Source: a virus. Taken from it: a stretch of DNA of 64,000 nt. Shown here in pieces: positions 50,066 through 62,300 of the stretch (within the stretch, counting starts at the first letter, position 1; every line of letters begins with the position of its first letter). The notes beneath the pieces are model-generated. The model saw only the letters and a program-made list of their open reading frames with translations. It was not told the origin of the DNA and did not search any database. A program made the translations under genes and the position numbers. The stretch is from positions 1 to 64,000 of IMG/VR virus record IMGVR_UViG_3300032315_000979. One strand, 5' to 3'.

Positions 50066-52438
50066 ATGGCAGCGCCAAATATAGTCAATGTAACAACGAT
50101 TACAGGCAAGACAGCGGTTCTTGCTGTAACCACTACAGCAACAGCAATTGTTACGAATTCTGGTTCAAGCGGAAAAGTATTTAAAGTTAATGCTCTTTAT
50201 GTCTCCAATATTGACGGAGCTGCTGCTGCTGATGTGAATGTGGATATATTCAGATCTTCTACTGCGTATCATATTGCTAAAACAGTTTCGGTACCAGCAG
50301 ATGCAACGCTAGATGTCATTAGCAAATCTATTTATTTGGAGGAAGGTGACACGCTTCGTCTTACTGCTTCTGCTAACTCTGACCTTGAAGCCGTGTGTAG
50401 TTATGAGGAGATTAGTTAATGCCGCAGTTTCCTGGGCAAAGCATCGGTGCATCTGGTTTATGGAGTTTAAATGAAGTACGAGATGCTGTATCTGGTTTTA
50501 ATTGGGTATCTCAAAAACCAAATGCTGTTGAGTATTTAGTAGTAGGCGGTGGAGGCGGTGGTGGTAATTATGTCGGTGGCGGTGGAGGCGGTGGTGGATT
50601 TGTTGAAGGAACAGTGTCTGTTGCTGCTGGAGTTACTTACACAATAACAGTCGGTAATGGTGGTGCTGGAGATGCTGCTGGAGCAAACTCAAGCATTGTT
50701 GGCGGAAGTATAAATATCGTTGCTCTGGGCGGTGGTCCTGGCGGAAGATACGCAGATAACCCTGGAACTGCTGGTGGTAGCGGAGGTGGATGCGGTGGAG
50801 TGTCAAATACATCAACCCGCCCTGCTGGTGGTGGAGGATTACAGCCAACCTCAGCGTCTGGTGGTTATGGAAACGCTGGCGGTTCATCAACTTTTGGTGG
50901 AAGAACTGGTACTCCAACATCTGGGCATGGTGGAGGCGGAGCAGGTGGTCCAGGAGGGAACGGAGATGGCGCTTTAACAACAAAAGGCGGAGATGGGAGG
51001 GCTTCATCTATAACAGGAGCAACACTGGTTTACGCAGGCGGAGGTGGAGGCGGTGGCTACTACAGTCCAGGTTCTGACGGAGGAAGAGGTGGTGGAGGAG
51101 GCGGTGGAGGTCATGGCGCAACTGGTGCTGGAGCTGGTGGCACAGGCGGATCTAGCAATGGTTCAGCAGGAAGCACCGTAGGTGAAGGACCAGGTGGTGC
51201 TGGTGCCGCAAACACTGGAGGCGGTGGTGGAGGAACTGGTCATAGCCAAGCATCTGGCGGAGGTGGTTCAGGAATTGTTGTAGTTCGCTACTCAGACTCT
51301 TTTACGGCTGCTACAACTACTGGCTCTCCAACAATAAACCTGTTAAATGGATATAGAATTTATGTATTCAATGCTACTGGGAGTATCACTTTCTAATGCC
51401 GCAATTTCCATCATCAAGAGGAGCTTCTGGTATTTGGTCGTTAAAAAAACATAGAAATTTTAAGATAGGGAATAACCTTCCTCCTGCACTTGACGGTTCC
51501 ACTGAAGCGTTGGCTGCACCAAGCGCTCTTTACTTGCGTAATGAACTTGAAATAAAAACAAGTGGTAATTATTGGATAAAGCCAGCAGGATATAGTGGAG
51601 CAGCAGTTCTTCTTTGGTGCGATATGACCAATCTTGGTGGAGGTTGGGTTCTTATTGGTAAAGGTCGTCAATCTTCTGATAACAGTGGTGGTTGGTTTGG
51701 AACAAATAACGAACTATCTCTTTCTGGACTGCAGCAAGCAAATGCTTTTTCCGCAGGCATAAGCAAAGTGAGTTCTTCATTTGTTAATTATTTAATGAAC
51801 GGAACATCTAGCGGATGGAAAAATTTTGACGGCGAAAACTATCTTGTAGCAAATAGAATTAGCAATGCCACCGATGGCTATTCTGGCATTGGAGATAGCT
51901 TTTATCATAAGATAACTAATCAATCAGCATTTGCGTGGGTTGATCAATTTGGTTCCACCCCAACAGACGGTGGAACTAATGCAGGGACAGGAGTTAATCG
52001 CCGTTATCCAAATATTTGGCTAGGCGGGACTCAAACATCTACAGATGTTTCTGGATTTCGTGATAATGATTTTGGTTCAGGAAATGGAACGGCAAGACTA
52101 TTTACTTGGCACTGGAGTGGTCACGGTGTCCATCATGGTTGGTCTTCTGGCTCAACTGAAACTCGTGGTTTTCAAAATGGTTCTGAAGCCCACGCTATTC
52201 AATTTGTCCAATTATGGGCAAGATAAGCATAAAAATTCGTAAAAAAGTTCTTTATAATCTATAATGGATACTAACTATGGCTGCCATTAATTTTCCCTCT
52301 GATCCTGATATTGATGATACGCATTCTGCCAATGGAAAAACTTGGATTTGGGATGGGGAAAAGTGGATTATGAATACGCAAAATGTTACTAATAAAATTA
52401 ATGATTTAGAAGTATCGTTAGCAATGCAGACTTTTTAA
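50066..52438 (+). CDS. fibre accessory genes: 50066-50419, Gly-rich 50419-51396, fibrinogen-C-like 51396-52226, short module 52277-52438
   Basis: YLVVGGGGGGG...GGSGIVVVRY; SGNYWIKP...WCDMT..GGGWVLI; INFPS.P...TW.WDGEKW. Confidence 0.7.
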
Positions 52439-52473
52439 AGGCTGAAAAATAGTAATACTGTTATAATTGTATT

Positions 52474-53403
52474 ATGGATGATGTAAAGATTGAAACAAGC
52501 AAAACACTAACTTTAACGCTTCCAAGCGACCCTACATCTAATGTGGTGTCAGTTAGTTTGTATCATGAGTTTGGATCACTTGTTTCTGGTCCAACAAACG
52601 CAACAAGATCAAGTGCTGGAGTTTATACCATCACCTATGGTCAAGCAGCTTCTGGTATCTATATCTTAAATGCTGCGGGAAGATATCGTGCTGATTTTAC
52701 ATATACGATAAGTTCAACATCATACACACAGTCACAATACTTTAATGTCTATACGCCATACATTGATATTGACACCTTCTTTGAAGACCATCCAGAGCTT
52801 GAAACCGATTGGTATGACAAGTTTGAAAAGATGGAAAAGAAGGTAAGGAATATTATCAATACTTATTGTGGTCAGTCCTTTGAATACTATCCTAATAAAT
52901 ATCTTGAAGTCATGGGTTCTGGAAAGAATACACTTCATATCCCAAACCCAATCACTACGCTAAGAAAAGTCACATCCGACCCAGGAACAAATGATGAAAC
53001 GGTTCTGCACGACTACTCCGATGCAACTTTAAATCACATTGAGAAAATCAGAGAGCCTCACAGCTTCGGTAGCTCCTACTACCTGCAATTTAGAAAATCT
53101 GTTCTGGATAGCGTGAATGTTCTTTTGCTTGTAAATAGATTTGATAAGCAAAGTATTTACAGAGTTGAAGGCGATTTTGGTTGGCAATTTGTTCCGAACA
53201 ATATTGAGCAGGCAGCGGATCTTTTGCTGGTTGACATGATGAATGATGATTCTGAATTCAGAAGGCATGGAATTCAAAGAGTTGAAATGGATACAATTAG
53301 ATATGAAATCAATACCACAAACTTCTTTGAGACAACGGGCAACATTGATGCAGATGTCCTTCTTATGGACTACACGCTGTTTGTAATGGACTATGTGGTT
53401 TAA
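52474..53403 (+). CDS. head-tail adaptor
   Basis: INTYCGQSF, G.FGW..VP..IEQAA..L, TGNIDAD.LL.DY; position. Confidence 0.7.
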   Translation: MDDVKIETSKTLTLTLPSDPTSNVVSVSLYHEFGSLVSGPTNATRSSAGVYTITYGQAASGIYILNAAGRYRADFTYTISSTSYTQSQYFNVYTPYIDIDTFFEDHPELETDWYDKFEKMEKKVRNIINTYCGQSFEYYPNKYLEVMGSGKNTLHIPNPITTLRKVTSDPGTNDETVLHDYSDATLNHIEKIREPHSFGSSYYLQFRKSVLDSVNVLLLVNRFDKQSIYRVEGDFGWQFVPNNIEQAADLLLVDMMNDDSEFRRHGIQRVEMDTIRYEINTTNFFETTGNIDADVLLMDYTLFVMDYVV

Positions 53404-54715
53404 ATGTCTAACGGTGTTTTTATAAACCTTCCGCACAAAATGGATGTCTACACTAAGACAACATCTGTTAATGCTGCTGGGCAACAAACAACATCATACA
53501 CAATGTCGGGAACAATTAAAGCCCTGTATCAGTCAATGTCTTCTGAAAGAAGAACATATCCGTATGTTGCAAATATTGACGAAGTTGAATTTTTTATTTC
53601 ACACAAAGATGCTCAGTATGCAAACTATAGCAATAAAATTCAAAATGTAGTTGACCGCTACGGTAATTCAATAGTTGATTATCCAGTAGAGATTGTAAAC
53701 ATTGATAAAAGAACTGGTTATAACGGTAAGGTTAGAATGATTCTTTTAACTTGTAGGAAGATTACAGAAAATGCTTAGTATTCAGGTCAACAAGTCAGCT
53801 TTGATTCAAACAGAGATGGCGGCTATCTACTATTCAGTCCTACCAGTCCGAGTTCAGCATGCACAGGTGCAGGCAATGATGAGGTCAAAGCGTGACATGA
53901 AGATGGCAACAGCCGATCTAGGAAGGGCTGCAAAGTATTTACAATACGAAATCATTCCATTTGGTCCAACAGGCATGACTTTAAAAGTAAAACCATATCC
54001 AAAAGGGTCATTTAGAAAAGATGGTGGAAATATCCAGATCGGGTCTGCAATTCTTTTAACTGGTAAAAAAGGTGGTGGTGTAATCAGAGGAAAAGGAAAT
54101 GGGATTATGAAAGTAAGATCAGCCTCTGTTGCACAAGGCTATTCGGAGTTCTATAGAGCTGTTAGAAAAGTAGCAATTCCTTCAAAAAGAAAAGAAATTA
54201 GAGAGATTGCAAAACAAGTTATTATTAAAAACCTTAAACAAGAATTTATTAGACAAGGTTTTACCGCAAGAGGTGCTGGCGGGGTGGATGTGGTAAGGTA
54301 GTTTATGCCAATTAGCGTCTATTCTATAAACACTTATCTTAAGGCAGATACTACTCTGGCTAATATTGCTGGAAAAGTTATGAACTTTTTTCCAGTAATT
54401 GGCTACAGCACAGAAACAGCTCCTTTTGTAATTTACTATTACAATCCACATATCCCATCTGTTGAGTCATACTGGAACAGGTATGACGCAATTAGGTATT
54501 CTATTTATGATTCGGATGTTGACAGGTTATTTCAAATCTCAGAAAGATTAATCAAACTCCTTGGAGAAGGAGATCAGATTCAAGGAAATGTTGCCAGTTC
54601 AAGCGTAAGAGTTCTTAGCTCACAACTGGTATCAAGTTCTTTGTCAGAGCCTATTGAGAAAGAAGGTTGGTACCAAATGGACCTTGATTTCTCGCTGTTC
54701 TCAGTGAGCCTCTGA
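53404..54715 (+). CDS. head closure (53404-53778), neck (53771-54301) and tail terminator (54305-54715) proteins
   Basis: Canonical siphovirus order and sizes between adaptor and tail tube. Confidence 0.65.
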
Positions 54716-54740
54716 TATATTTGTGGTATCATAAAAGTAT

Positions 54741-54935
54741 ATGAAGTATAATGTAATTACATACATCGGCAAGACTCCAGGGTTTTCCGTGAAACTAGGT
54801 AAAGAGGTTTATGAGTTTGAGTGGCAAAAAGGCGTAGGAATAGGTCGCCGCTCAGATGAAATAAAATTAGATCACGCCGTGAAGATTTCTAAATGGCGAG
54901 ATCGCAAGGGCAAGAAAATATTTGTCCTTGAATAA
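54741..54935 (+). CDS. small basic hypothetical protein
   Basis: Leaderless after TGGTATCAT. Confidence 0.55.
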   Translation: MKYNVITYIGKTPGFSVKLGKEVYEFEWQKGVGIGRRSDEIKLDHAVKISKWRDRKGKKIFVLE

Positions 54936-54950
54936 CAGGAGGATAGTAAA

Positions 54951-55529
54951 ATGGCAGTAACAACTTCCAATATCGTAGTTGGTGAGGCTTCAGTAAAGAC
55001 TGGTGCTTCTAACATTACGATGACGAATGCAGATTTTGATAGCTTGACAGATGTGGGCGCAACCCAAGGTGGTCTTGAAATTTCGTGGGAACCAGACATG
55101 GTTGACATTGAAATTGACCAGTACGGTGACGCAGCAAAGGTCATTCAGTCAAAGGTGAAAGTAATGGTTAAGACAACCCTTGCAGAAGGAACTCTTAATA
55201 ACCTTGCAACAGCATGGAGCTATGACAATACAACTGGTGGAAATGACATCAAAGCAAACAATGATGGCGCAAACACCAAGACCTTGTTGTTCGGTTCGCA
55301 GAGCGTGTACCCATACGAGTACGCAATCCAAGTAACTGGATATGCCCCAGGTTCAACAGCAGCAGTGACAAAGACACGCAAGTTTAACACTAAGCGAGCA
55401 GTGTCAATGACCACTTCAATGCTATCAATGAAGAGAGCAGAAGCTTCAGTTTTTGAAGTTTCGTTCCGTGTTCTTCCAGTAGTCGGTGACACTGGTTACG
55501 AATATGGCAAGATCATTGACCAAAGCTAA
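54951..55529 (+). CDS. major tail (tube) protein
   Basis: NIVVG, VGATQGGLEI, TTLAE.TL.NL, F.V.FR.LP; AGGAGG RBS. Confidence 0.85.
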   Translation: MAVTTSNIVVGEASVKTGASNITMTNADFDSLTDVGATQGGLEISWEPDMVDIEIDQYGDAAKVIQSKVKVMVKTTLAEGTLNNLATAWSYDNTTGGNDIKANNDGANTKTLLFGSQSVYPYEYAIQVTGYAPGSTAAVTKTRKFNTKRAVSMTTSMLSMKRAEASVFEVSFRVLPVVGDTGYEYGKIIDQS

Positions 55530-55641
55530 TTAAAACCAAAAGTTTGTACTAAGCGAAAACTCCTGAGAGTCGGTATGATATACTGAAACTTGGGAGTTTT
55601 TGCATTATTCCCACTATTATAAAACAAGGAGCACATAAAAA

Positions 55642-55950
55642 ATGGCAACAAATACTGATCTGTTTAAGGGTACTGAGATTACATTTTCTGATGGAAAGAA
55701 GAGAATCGTAAAGCCTTTGACAATTAAGCACCTTCGTGAATTCATGAAGGTTGCAAACGATATGAAGTCCAATGATGAAGCTGGAATGACTGATGAGGAC
55801 ATTGATAAGATGATCGCAGCAGCCTCAATCGCACTGAGAAAGGCTGATCCAGAGTTGGCTGCAAATCGTGATTTGCTTGAAGACATTCTTGACCTTAGAA
55901 CATTTGGTGAAGTAATGGCTGCAGCAATGGGTAACGACCCAAACCAATAA
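55642..55950 (+). CDS. tail assembly chaperone (G)
   Basis: Between tail tube and tape measure; ends in a slippery site. Confidence 0.85.
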   Translation: MATNTDLFKGTEITFSDGKKRIVKPLTIKHLREFMKVANDMKSNDEAGMTDEDIDKMIAAASIALRKADPELAANRDLLEDILDLRTFGEVMAAAMGNDPNQ

Positions 55951-56273
55951 ACGGGGATGGCGAGGGTGGTGAACCCTTGTCATGGAATGAGATTCCCCTT
56001 CTCAAATATGAATCAGAAATATTTGTACAGGTCGGTGCATGGAAAAATCTAGAGGAGTTAGAGGAATCTCTAATCCTTCATGAGATGTTTCTATTGTACC
56101 GAGCTTGTACCAATGAATTCAGTAAGAATATCAAAGCACTCGCCTTGGCTCAAGGCGCTGATGTTGACTTTGAAGATGACTGGTACTCGCCAGAAGATAG
56201 AGTACCAGATGAGCCAATGAGACCATTTGAAGTAATGAACTTCGGCATTCCATTGGGATATCAAGCAGATTAA
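55938..56273 (+). CDS. tail assembly chaperone extension (GT) via -1 frameshift at C-CCA-AAC (55938-55944)
   Basis: X-XXY-YYZ heptamer; the -1 frame is open (PINGDGEGGEPLSWNEI...) into ORF 55977-56273. Confidence 0.85.
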   Translation, partial: PKPINGDGEGGEPLSWNEIPLLKYESEIFVQVGAWKNLEELEESLILHEMFLLYRACTNEFSKNIKALALAQGADVDFEDDWYSPEDRVPDEPMRPFEVMNFGIPLGYQAD

Positions 56274-56321
56274 TGATTGCTGATTATCTAAAAAAATGGG
56301 ATAATATTTGTTGGTACAAAC

Positions 56322-59300
56322 ATGTCTGATGTTGATCTAATAATTAATGTACATACTAATGGCGTTAAGGATATTACTAACCTTAGTGCTGCCACTAGAG
56401 CCTTAGCCCTCAATCTAAGGGGTATTACAGTACCAATGAGCAAGCTTGATGCTCACAGCCGAGCTGTGAACAAAGCTCTTGGAATGACAAACAGAAGCAT
56501 GAATGATCATGCAAAGACTGCCAAGCAGATGATTGCAAATCAGAAGGCTCTGAGTGCAGAAACTAAGCGTGTTCAATCAAACATCAAGTCATACGCTATG
56601 GCTATTCAATCAGCTGGTGGTACAACCACAGCGTTTGGTAGAGAGCTGATCCAAAGCAGGAATGAATTAAAGCAATTTAGTTCAACCCTAAGAGGCTTGC
56701 GAATTAGAGCATTTGGCTCAGACCTTGGTTCAATATCACTAAAACTACAACGAATTGGTAAAGACGCACAGTTTGTTGGTAGAAGCTTGATGATTAACCT
56801 CACAGCTCCAATCCTTCTATTTGCAAGAATGGGCTTCCAGAGCTTGTTGAAGGTTGATGAGCAATTTGTAAGATTGACAAAGGTTCTTGAAGGCGTTGCT
56901 ATGACAACCGATCAAGCAAACTCAAAGCTTAAAGATTATCTTGGTCCAGACAAGGAGAAGAGAGTCAAGCAAATGACCGACTCCTTTAGAGAACTAAATA
57001 CCGCTTTGACCGAGCAAAGCGCAAGATTCGGTGTCGCAAAAGATTTAGTAGTTAGTCTGGCTGTTGATTTTGCAGAACTTGGTGTTACTGCAAATGAAAA
57101 TATTGTAGCACTTACTGAATTAGCATTAGCTGCAGAAAAATTGGGAGGAATGGATGCATCTGGTGCGCAAGATCTATCCTCAGCCTTGTTCTTTAATGCA
57201 ACGAGAGCATACGAGGTTGCTGGTGCATTTGATGATGTAACAACAGCTGCTGAGCGTGAATCTAAAGCTATAGCGTCAGCAACAGTTCAGCTCAACATGT
57301 TCAACACAATTGAAAATGTCACCGCACTTTCATTGAAAGACCTTGCTGATTCACTACCTGAACTTGGAGGTATGGCGCTAAGTTTCGGACTATCAATGAC
57401 AGAAGCAGCCGCTCTGCTTGCACCAATGAAGGCTGCTGGTTTTGATATTGGCGCATCTGCAAACTCAATTAAAGTATCTTTGCAAAGAGCAATTGTTCCA
57501 ACTAAGCAAAATGTTGAACTACTAGCAAAACTTTCTAAGCAATATGGTGTTACTGGCAAATCTGGTAACGCATTTAGCGAATCAACAAAGACTGGTCTAA
57601 CAGGACTTCAAGCTATTGTTGATATTTTTGGAAAAGTTGTTGAAGGTGGAAAAAACACTGAAGCTGGACTGAAACTGATGTCTGAAATATTTGAAAAGCG
57701 TCAGGGTCCAAGAATGTATGTTGCTATTGAACAATTGAATCAGTTTGATGCTGCTTTGAAAAATGTTAATGCTAATCAATCACCAGAAAGATTGATGGCA
57801 GGTGTTGCTGAAGCATCCATTAGAGCCTTTAATAAACTTAACGGCACAGCACTCCCAGAAACAATAAGTCAGTTTAGTGATATTGGTGTTATCGCAAGAA
57901 TTGCTACTGCTGAAGTTGGAGCATTAGTTGATGGGTTTAAAGGCAAAGGTGCAGGCGGTGGTATTACAGCAGCAGAAAAGAAAGGTGCTATGGAGGCACG
58001 AGATGCTGTAGCCAAGCTGATTAAAGAGAAGAAATTAAATGAAGATATTGACTTAATCAGCCAAGTTAAAACACAGGCTGGTCGTGCTCTGCTTGTTGAG
58101 CTTGCAGGTGCATCTGGCGCTGCGGATGTAGCAAACATGGAATTAGAGCAGTCATTGAAATCTCTTTCGGTTGCTACTCAGAGAATAAAGATTGCATTTA
58201 AAAACTTTGCTGCAGATGTGCTTAGAAATGTAGCTCCATCACTAAAGAAGTTGTCTGATACGATCAACAGTCTTTATCTAAAATGGCAAGCACTAAGTGA
58301 CACAACAAGAGAAAGAATATCCAAATTAATTCTTGGCTTCCTCGGTTTCTTAGCAGTAATGGCACCAGTAATTCTTGCATTAGGAACAATGCAATCATCT
58401 ATCGGTGTGCTTGGAAGAACCGCTACATTCTTCTTACCGAAGCTAAAGAATTTTGAAGGTGGTCTTGTAGGAATTGCTGGTGGAGCAAAGAAAGCAACCA
58501 CGGCAATGACAGATATGTATAACAGTTTCCTTGGCAAGAAACAACCACTTTCTATGCTTCCAAGTTTTGCACCTGCTGGCGGTACAGCATCATCAATGAT
58601 TGGTATGCCAACAAGAGTTGGTCGCAACATCACACTCCCTGGCAATATTGCTCCAACCCCAACACCACTAACTGGACTTACAGGCGCTGCTAGAACAAGT
58701 GCCATCAATGCAAACAGAGCAGCGAGGCTTTCTCATGCAGCAACAGGAAGACTGGGTGTAGATCAGTATCTTAGAAATGAAGCAAGTATGCTTTCTGCTA
58801 ATAATATGCGACTTAATGCTCGTGGTCGTGTAATTGGTCCAAGGGGTGGTTTTGTTGGTGGTAACATTCTTGGAAAAATTTCTGAAGCATCAGTATTAAG
58901 AGAAGCCGCTCTTGCGGATTCTGGAATCTCTAGAACAATGTCTGGAGGCGCAAGGCTTGCTACAAAGAGAGGCTTTGTAGATGTTACTGAAGACAGAGCA
59001 TTAAGAATTGCTCGTGGTGGTATTGGTGGTGCAATAGCAAGAAGAACAGCGGCGCTTCCTGGTTTGGCTGATTCATTTACTTCAGCTACTGGCGTAACAG
59101 GAAGAGGTTTTGCAAGAGGAATGCTACCTACCCGTGGAGGGATCGCAACTGGTGCAGGAAATGTTAGAGGTTTAGCGTCAGCTGCATTTAACGCTGGTCC
59201 AGTTGCTGCTTACACAAAGTCGGTGCAAGGTGCTAAAGCTGCAGTTCAAGCAATGAAGATTGAACAGATGGCTTTGGGTGGTAGCGCTGGAAAAATTAGA

Positions 59301-62300
59301 ACAATGTCAACTGCAATGACTGGTTTTATGAAAGCTACAAAGCTTGGAACGGTTGCTCTTAAGTTAATGAAGATTGCTTTGATATCAACTGGTATTGGCG
59401 CAATCATGCTGGGCATCGGTGTTGCTGTTTATATCATTGTTAAAAACTTTAGTGCTTTTAAAGATAAAGCATCTAATGCAATACTAAGAGTCAAGAACGC
59501 ATGGGCAATATTTAAAGAATCTATTGGGATGCTAATTCAGCCTTTTGTAGATTTGTTTTCAATAATCGGTGGTGGTTCTAAGAAAGGTGGAGATGCTGTT
59601 GGCGGTCTTGCAAGCGCATTTGATTTAGTTGGGAAAGTACTACAGAAAGTAGCTTCTTGGTTTAAGATGCTGGTTGAAAACTTTATTCAGCCATATCTGT
59701 ACATGATTATTGATATTGTAATGTTTGTTGTTTCAATATTCCAAGGCAACTGGGGTAAAGCTTTTGATTACCTTGTTGCCGCTACCTCTGGTGCAGTAAA
59801 GATTGTTATTAAGTTAATTGCCGCTTTGCTAAAAGGAATGGTGTGGATCACCGCTGGTGGAATTAAGTTGATAATCGGATACTTTACACTAATTCCAAAA
59901 GCTGTTGCTAAAGTGTTTAGTTTCCTTGAAAGAATTCCAGGTGTTGGTGGAATATTTGGATGGATTGGTGACAGTATCAATTTCGTTATTGACGGTCTTT
60001 ATGGATTGGTTGATGCGGGTAAAAATGCTGCTAGTGGTGCCATTGATGCAGTAGCTAACGCAGCAACTGGATTGCTAGATAAGGGCGTATCTAAGGGTAT
60101 CAGCTCAGCCGAGGGTAAAATCAGTAATGATACAAAGATTAAAGACGCAGCAGAAGAAACTGGTGAAGAAGCTGGCGAAATCATGGGTAACTCCTTTGGT
60201 GATGGCTTTGAAGAGTCTGACGCTACTGGAAAAATTGCAAAAGCCATTGAAGAGGGCATTGTTGATGCCATTCAGAAACTTCAAGATTATGTTGCTGGAG
60301 AGATGGCAGATGCATTAACTAAGTTTGTAGATGCATCCGTTAAGGCTCTTGAAAAGCAAAAAACATCTGCTCTAAAAGTATTTGATGTCCAAATCAAAAC
60401 ACTTGGTAAGCTTGAAAAAGCAGAAGAATCGCTTACCAAGAAGAAAGAATACGAAAATAATAGAAGAAAGATTATTGACAACCAAGCTCTTAGTAATGAG
60501 CAGTTCCGTAGAAACTATGCATTGGCTGTTTATGAAGGTCGTGTTGATGACGCAAGAATGCTACAGCTTCAGCAGAGCGCTGATGAAAAAGGATTTAGTA
60601 GTGACCTTTTAACAATTGAGCAAGAAAGGTCAAAGGATCTCGCAAAAGAAAACCTTGATGCTCTCAAGGAAGCTATTAACGAAGCAAAAGATGCAGCTTC
60701 ATTATTCTTTGAAGAATCAATTGCTAAGTTCCAAGAGTCTGCTGCTCTAATTACAAAGGTTGCACCAGTTACTGTTGAACAATATACGGCGCAACTACAA
60801 GAACTTCAAACATTAACAGAAACAAACGCTACCAATATGAATACAACATTTGGTGCGATGTTTGAAATTTTTGCAACCACAATTGCAGACAAGATGCCAA
60901 ACAAGGTTATTGGACCATTTGCAACAAATCTTGACGAACTTGTATTAGTAGCAAAAGAAAAATTTGGTCTTGGATCTGATAAGAGTGAAAACACTGTAAT
61001 TGGTATTACTATCGGAATGCTCGCTGGAATGGGAGTACAGTTTGGTGAAGGAAAGCAATTAGTAATTGATTCGTTCGGTGTAATAACATCTGGTCTCGCT
61101 CAAAACTTTACGGATATGAAGACCAAGTTCTTGGATGAGGTTAAGAGCGATTTCATTACAAACTTTAAGAAGGCACTGGATGAAGCAGAGCCAACAAAGG
61201 TTTTCAATCAAGCAATCATTGATGGAAACCTAAGCATCCTTAGAAGCTTCCAGAACATGGTGGATCTAAACCCAGCACTGATGGAGAAGTTAAGAAAGAG
61301 TCTTGATCCAGCAATTAATAAATACCTTGAACTAAAAGCAGCCGCAGATGCAGCAAAAGATGCAGCAGGAGCTGCAGCAGACGCAGCAGCAGGCGGTGGG
61401 GGCGGTGGTGGTGGAGGTGGAGGCACTGGTTCCCAACCAGGACCAGGAACACCTGCAGGTGGAAGAGCAGATGCATTTGCAAGAAATAATGAACTCAGAG
61501 CTGCCAGAAATCTAAGAGCACTTACATATCAAGAATTTATTGGAAATTACAAGGGCTTCAAGAAGGGTGGAATAATTCCATCAAGAACGCAAAATCAAAA
61601 TCAAGGGTATCCAGAGGGCTTCATCCCAGCTCCAACACAAGAAGGTGTACCAACGCTTCTTCATGGTGGAGAATACATTCTTAATGCGAAGGCGGTTTCA
61701 AGAATCGGTGTAGGTGCTTTGAATAAGATGAATAATAACCTTATTCCAAAATTCCTTAAGGGTGGTCAGGTTCCAGGTGGAAAGAAAGGTACAGCTTCAA
61801 ACACAAGAGGAACGGCAGATCGTCTTGAACAGAAAGTTACCAATAAAACATCTGCTTCGCCAAGTTCATTAAAAGCTCCAATAGACTTGTCAAAAATTCA
61901 AGGCGTTACTTTAAAACCGACTACACCTGTTAGTCCAAAAATTCCAGGAATTGCAACACCTGGTCACACCTATAGCTCCTCAGAGATAAAAAAACTTACA
62001 ATGCGACCAAACACTTATTTGGTTCCAGCCCCATCTTTCACATCCCCTGGAACTAAACAAGCGCCTAAAGAGTTCTTCCAAGTTGCAACAAGACAAGAAG
62101 CGCTTTCTTATGCACAAATAAAAATGCAAAATGATGCTAAGGCAGCACAAAGAGCAGAGCAAGAAAAGTGGACAACATGGGAAAGATTTATTGGTCAAAA
62201 CACAGTTAATGGGGTCTCAACAATAGGTGGTCCATATAAACAATCGGGTATTGCAAGTGCAATTGAAAAATTCCCACTCGCAGGACTTCTTGTAAAAGAT

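Noticed and set aside
50419-51396. Gly-rich repeats as a novel repeat system
   Set aside because: Ordinary glycine-rich tail-associated domain; the repeats are at protein level only.
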